Both the position numbers and the translations under genes were made by a program. From Gemmatimonas sp. (GTDB lineage Bacteria; Gemmatimonadota; Gemmatimonadetes; Gemmatimonadales; Gemmatimonadaceae), in assembly GCA_040399825.1 (NCBI GenBank), contig JBBARJ010000001.1, forward strand, positions 1 through 48,667: a DNA stretch of 48,667 nucleotides, written 5' to 3'. Below, piece after piece: positions 47,785-48,667 of this stretch (the stretch's first letter is position 1; every line of letters begins with the position of its first letter). The notes beneath the pieces were generated by a model that ran no database searches, was not told where the DNA came from, and worked only from the letters and a program-made list of their open reading frames with translations.

Positions 47785-48357
47785 TCAGCGCAATGGCGAG
47801 AAGCTCGCCTGGGTGAAGTCGCTGCGCTCGAAATGCGTGGGGGCCTCCTCGATGATCATGGCCGCCGGCCAGACCGGATTACCGGTCGCCATCGCCTGCA
47901 TCAATTCGGGCGTGATATACGAAACCGGCGTCGGCCTGGCCGGCTGCGAGGCGATCACGGGCTGCATCGAGAGCTCCGGGGCCGTGGTACTCCACTCCTG
48001 CCAGACGAACGCGCCAAGCATCGCGCTGGCCGCAACCGCCATCACCACGCGCGAATTCCGGGAGGCGGCCGACCGGGGCGCGTCGAGCAGGCCAGTCCGG
48101 GCAGCCATCGCGGTCCGCTCGTCGCGGCACTCCTCGCGGCATTCGGCCAATCGGGCGCGAAGCCGAGCCTGAAAGTCCGCGCTGGGTTCGAGCATGGGCA
48201 TACTGCGCGCGACCATCAGCGATCGACGCACCAGCGTATCGTGCGCGGCGCAGCCGTCGCATACCATCACATGATACTGCGCGGCGGCCATCTGGTCGCC
48301 AGGCATGGTGTCATCCAGATACGCCAGGTGCTGCTTTCGGAAGCTCTTGCAGTCCAT
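47785..48357 (-). CDS. zf-HC2 anti-sigma factor
   Basis: MDC...YLD...HVMVCDGC (HxxxCxxC) followed by a TM segment; downstream of an ECF sigma. Confidence 0.85.
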   Translation of the reverse strand: MDCKSFRKQHLAYLDDTMPGDQMAAAQYHVMVCDGCAAHDTLVRRSLMVARSMPMLEPSADFQARLRARLAECREECRDERTAMAARTGLLDAPRSAASRNSRVVMAVAASAMLGAFVWQEWSTTAPELSMQPVIASQPARPTPVSYITPELMQAMATGNPVWPAAMIIEEAPTHFERSDFTQASFSPLR

Positions 48358-48474
48358 CAGTACGCTATTGGCTCGTGTAGAAGGCATCGCGGACGCTCTC
48401 ACGGCAGGATACCCGTGGCCTCAGGTGCGGTTCCGCGGTCCGGAACAACGGCTCAGTCTGTATGGAAACGCACA

Positions 48475-48506
48475 ACCCCCCGCCATGGCAATCCCAGGCG
48501 GGGGGT
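48475..48506 (-). terminator. Hairpin between ECF sigma and anti-sigma genes
   Basis: ACCCCCCGCC...GGCGGGGGGT stem, followed by TGTGCGTTT on the minus strand. Confidence 0.5.
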
Positions 48507-48533
48507 GACGACAGCGGCTCCTACGACCTGAGT

Positions 48534-48667
48534 CTATCGGACCAGTGGCGCGATGATGTCGGCAAAGGCCGTGCGGGCACGATTGAGACGGGATTTGACG
48601 GTACCGAGGTTCACGCCGGTGATCTCGGCGATTTCCTCGTACGACTTGCCTTCCAACTCACGCAGCA
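48534..48667 (-). CDS. ECF sigma-70 factor, C-terminal region 4 (runs off window end)
   Basis: Manual translation [43 protein letters not shown]. Confidence 0.92.
   Translation of the reverse strand, partial: LRELEGKSYEEIAEITGVNLGTVKSRLNRARTAFADIIAPLVR

Overview
High-GC bacterial chromosomal segment whose gene content (SusC/SusD-like pair, Ig-repeat lipoproteins, ArsR-methyltransferase/ahcY) suggests a Gemmatimonas-like organism; this taxonomy is an inference. It is mostly housekeeping. Genes include partial ahcY with a SahR-type regulator, MgtC-like/mlaE/mlaD, USP, a cardiolipin-synthase-type PLD, a holin-like protein, a tandem PafB/PafC-like WYL pair, MatB/MatC-like genes, an MFS transporter, an M24 peptidase, SusC/D, MBL hydrolase, RidA, tRNA-Phe, queF, rhomboid, ddl, metH, a PPTase, cystathionine beta-synthase, an Ig-metallopeptidase, glutaminyl cyclase, mug, mutS, a SPOR protein, holA and an ECF sigma/anti-sigma pair. 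There is no CRISPR array, integrase or transposase. The best signals are: a c-di-GMP-I (GEMM) riboswitch ahead of an Ig-repeat/lyase-like lipoprotein; a PafBC-like pair without pafA; a 14-bp candidate bidirectional leaderless promoter plus several other TANNNT-N5/6-ATG starts; an att-like scar behind tRNA-Phe; small 10-mer-periodic intergenic elements; and a QueF with an insertion in its catalytic loop. All calls come from reading motifs by eye; no searches were run.
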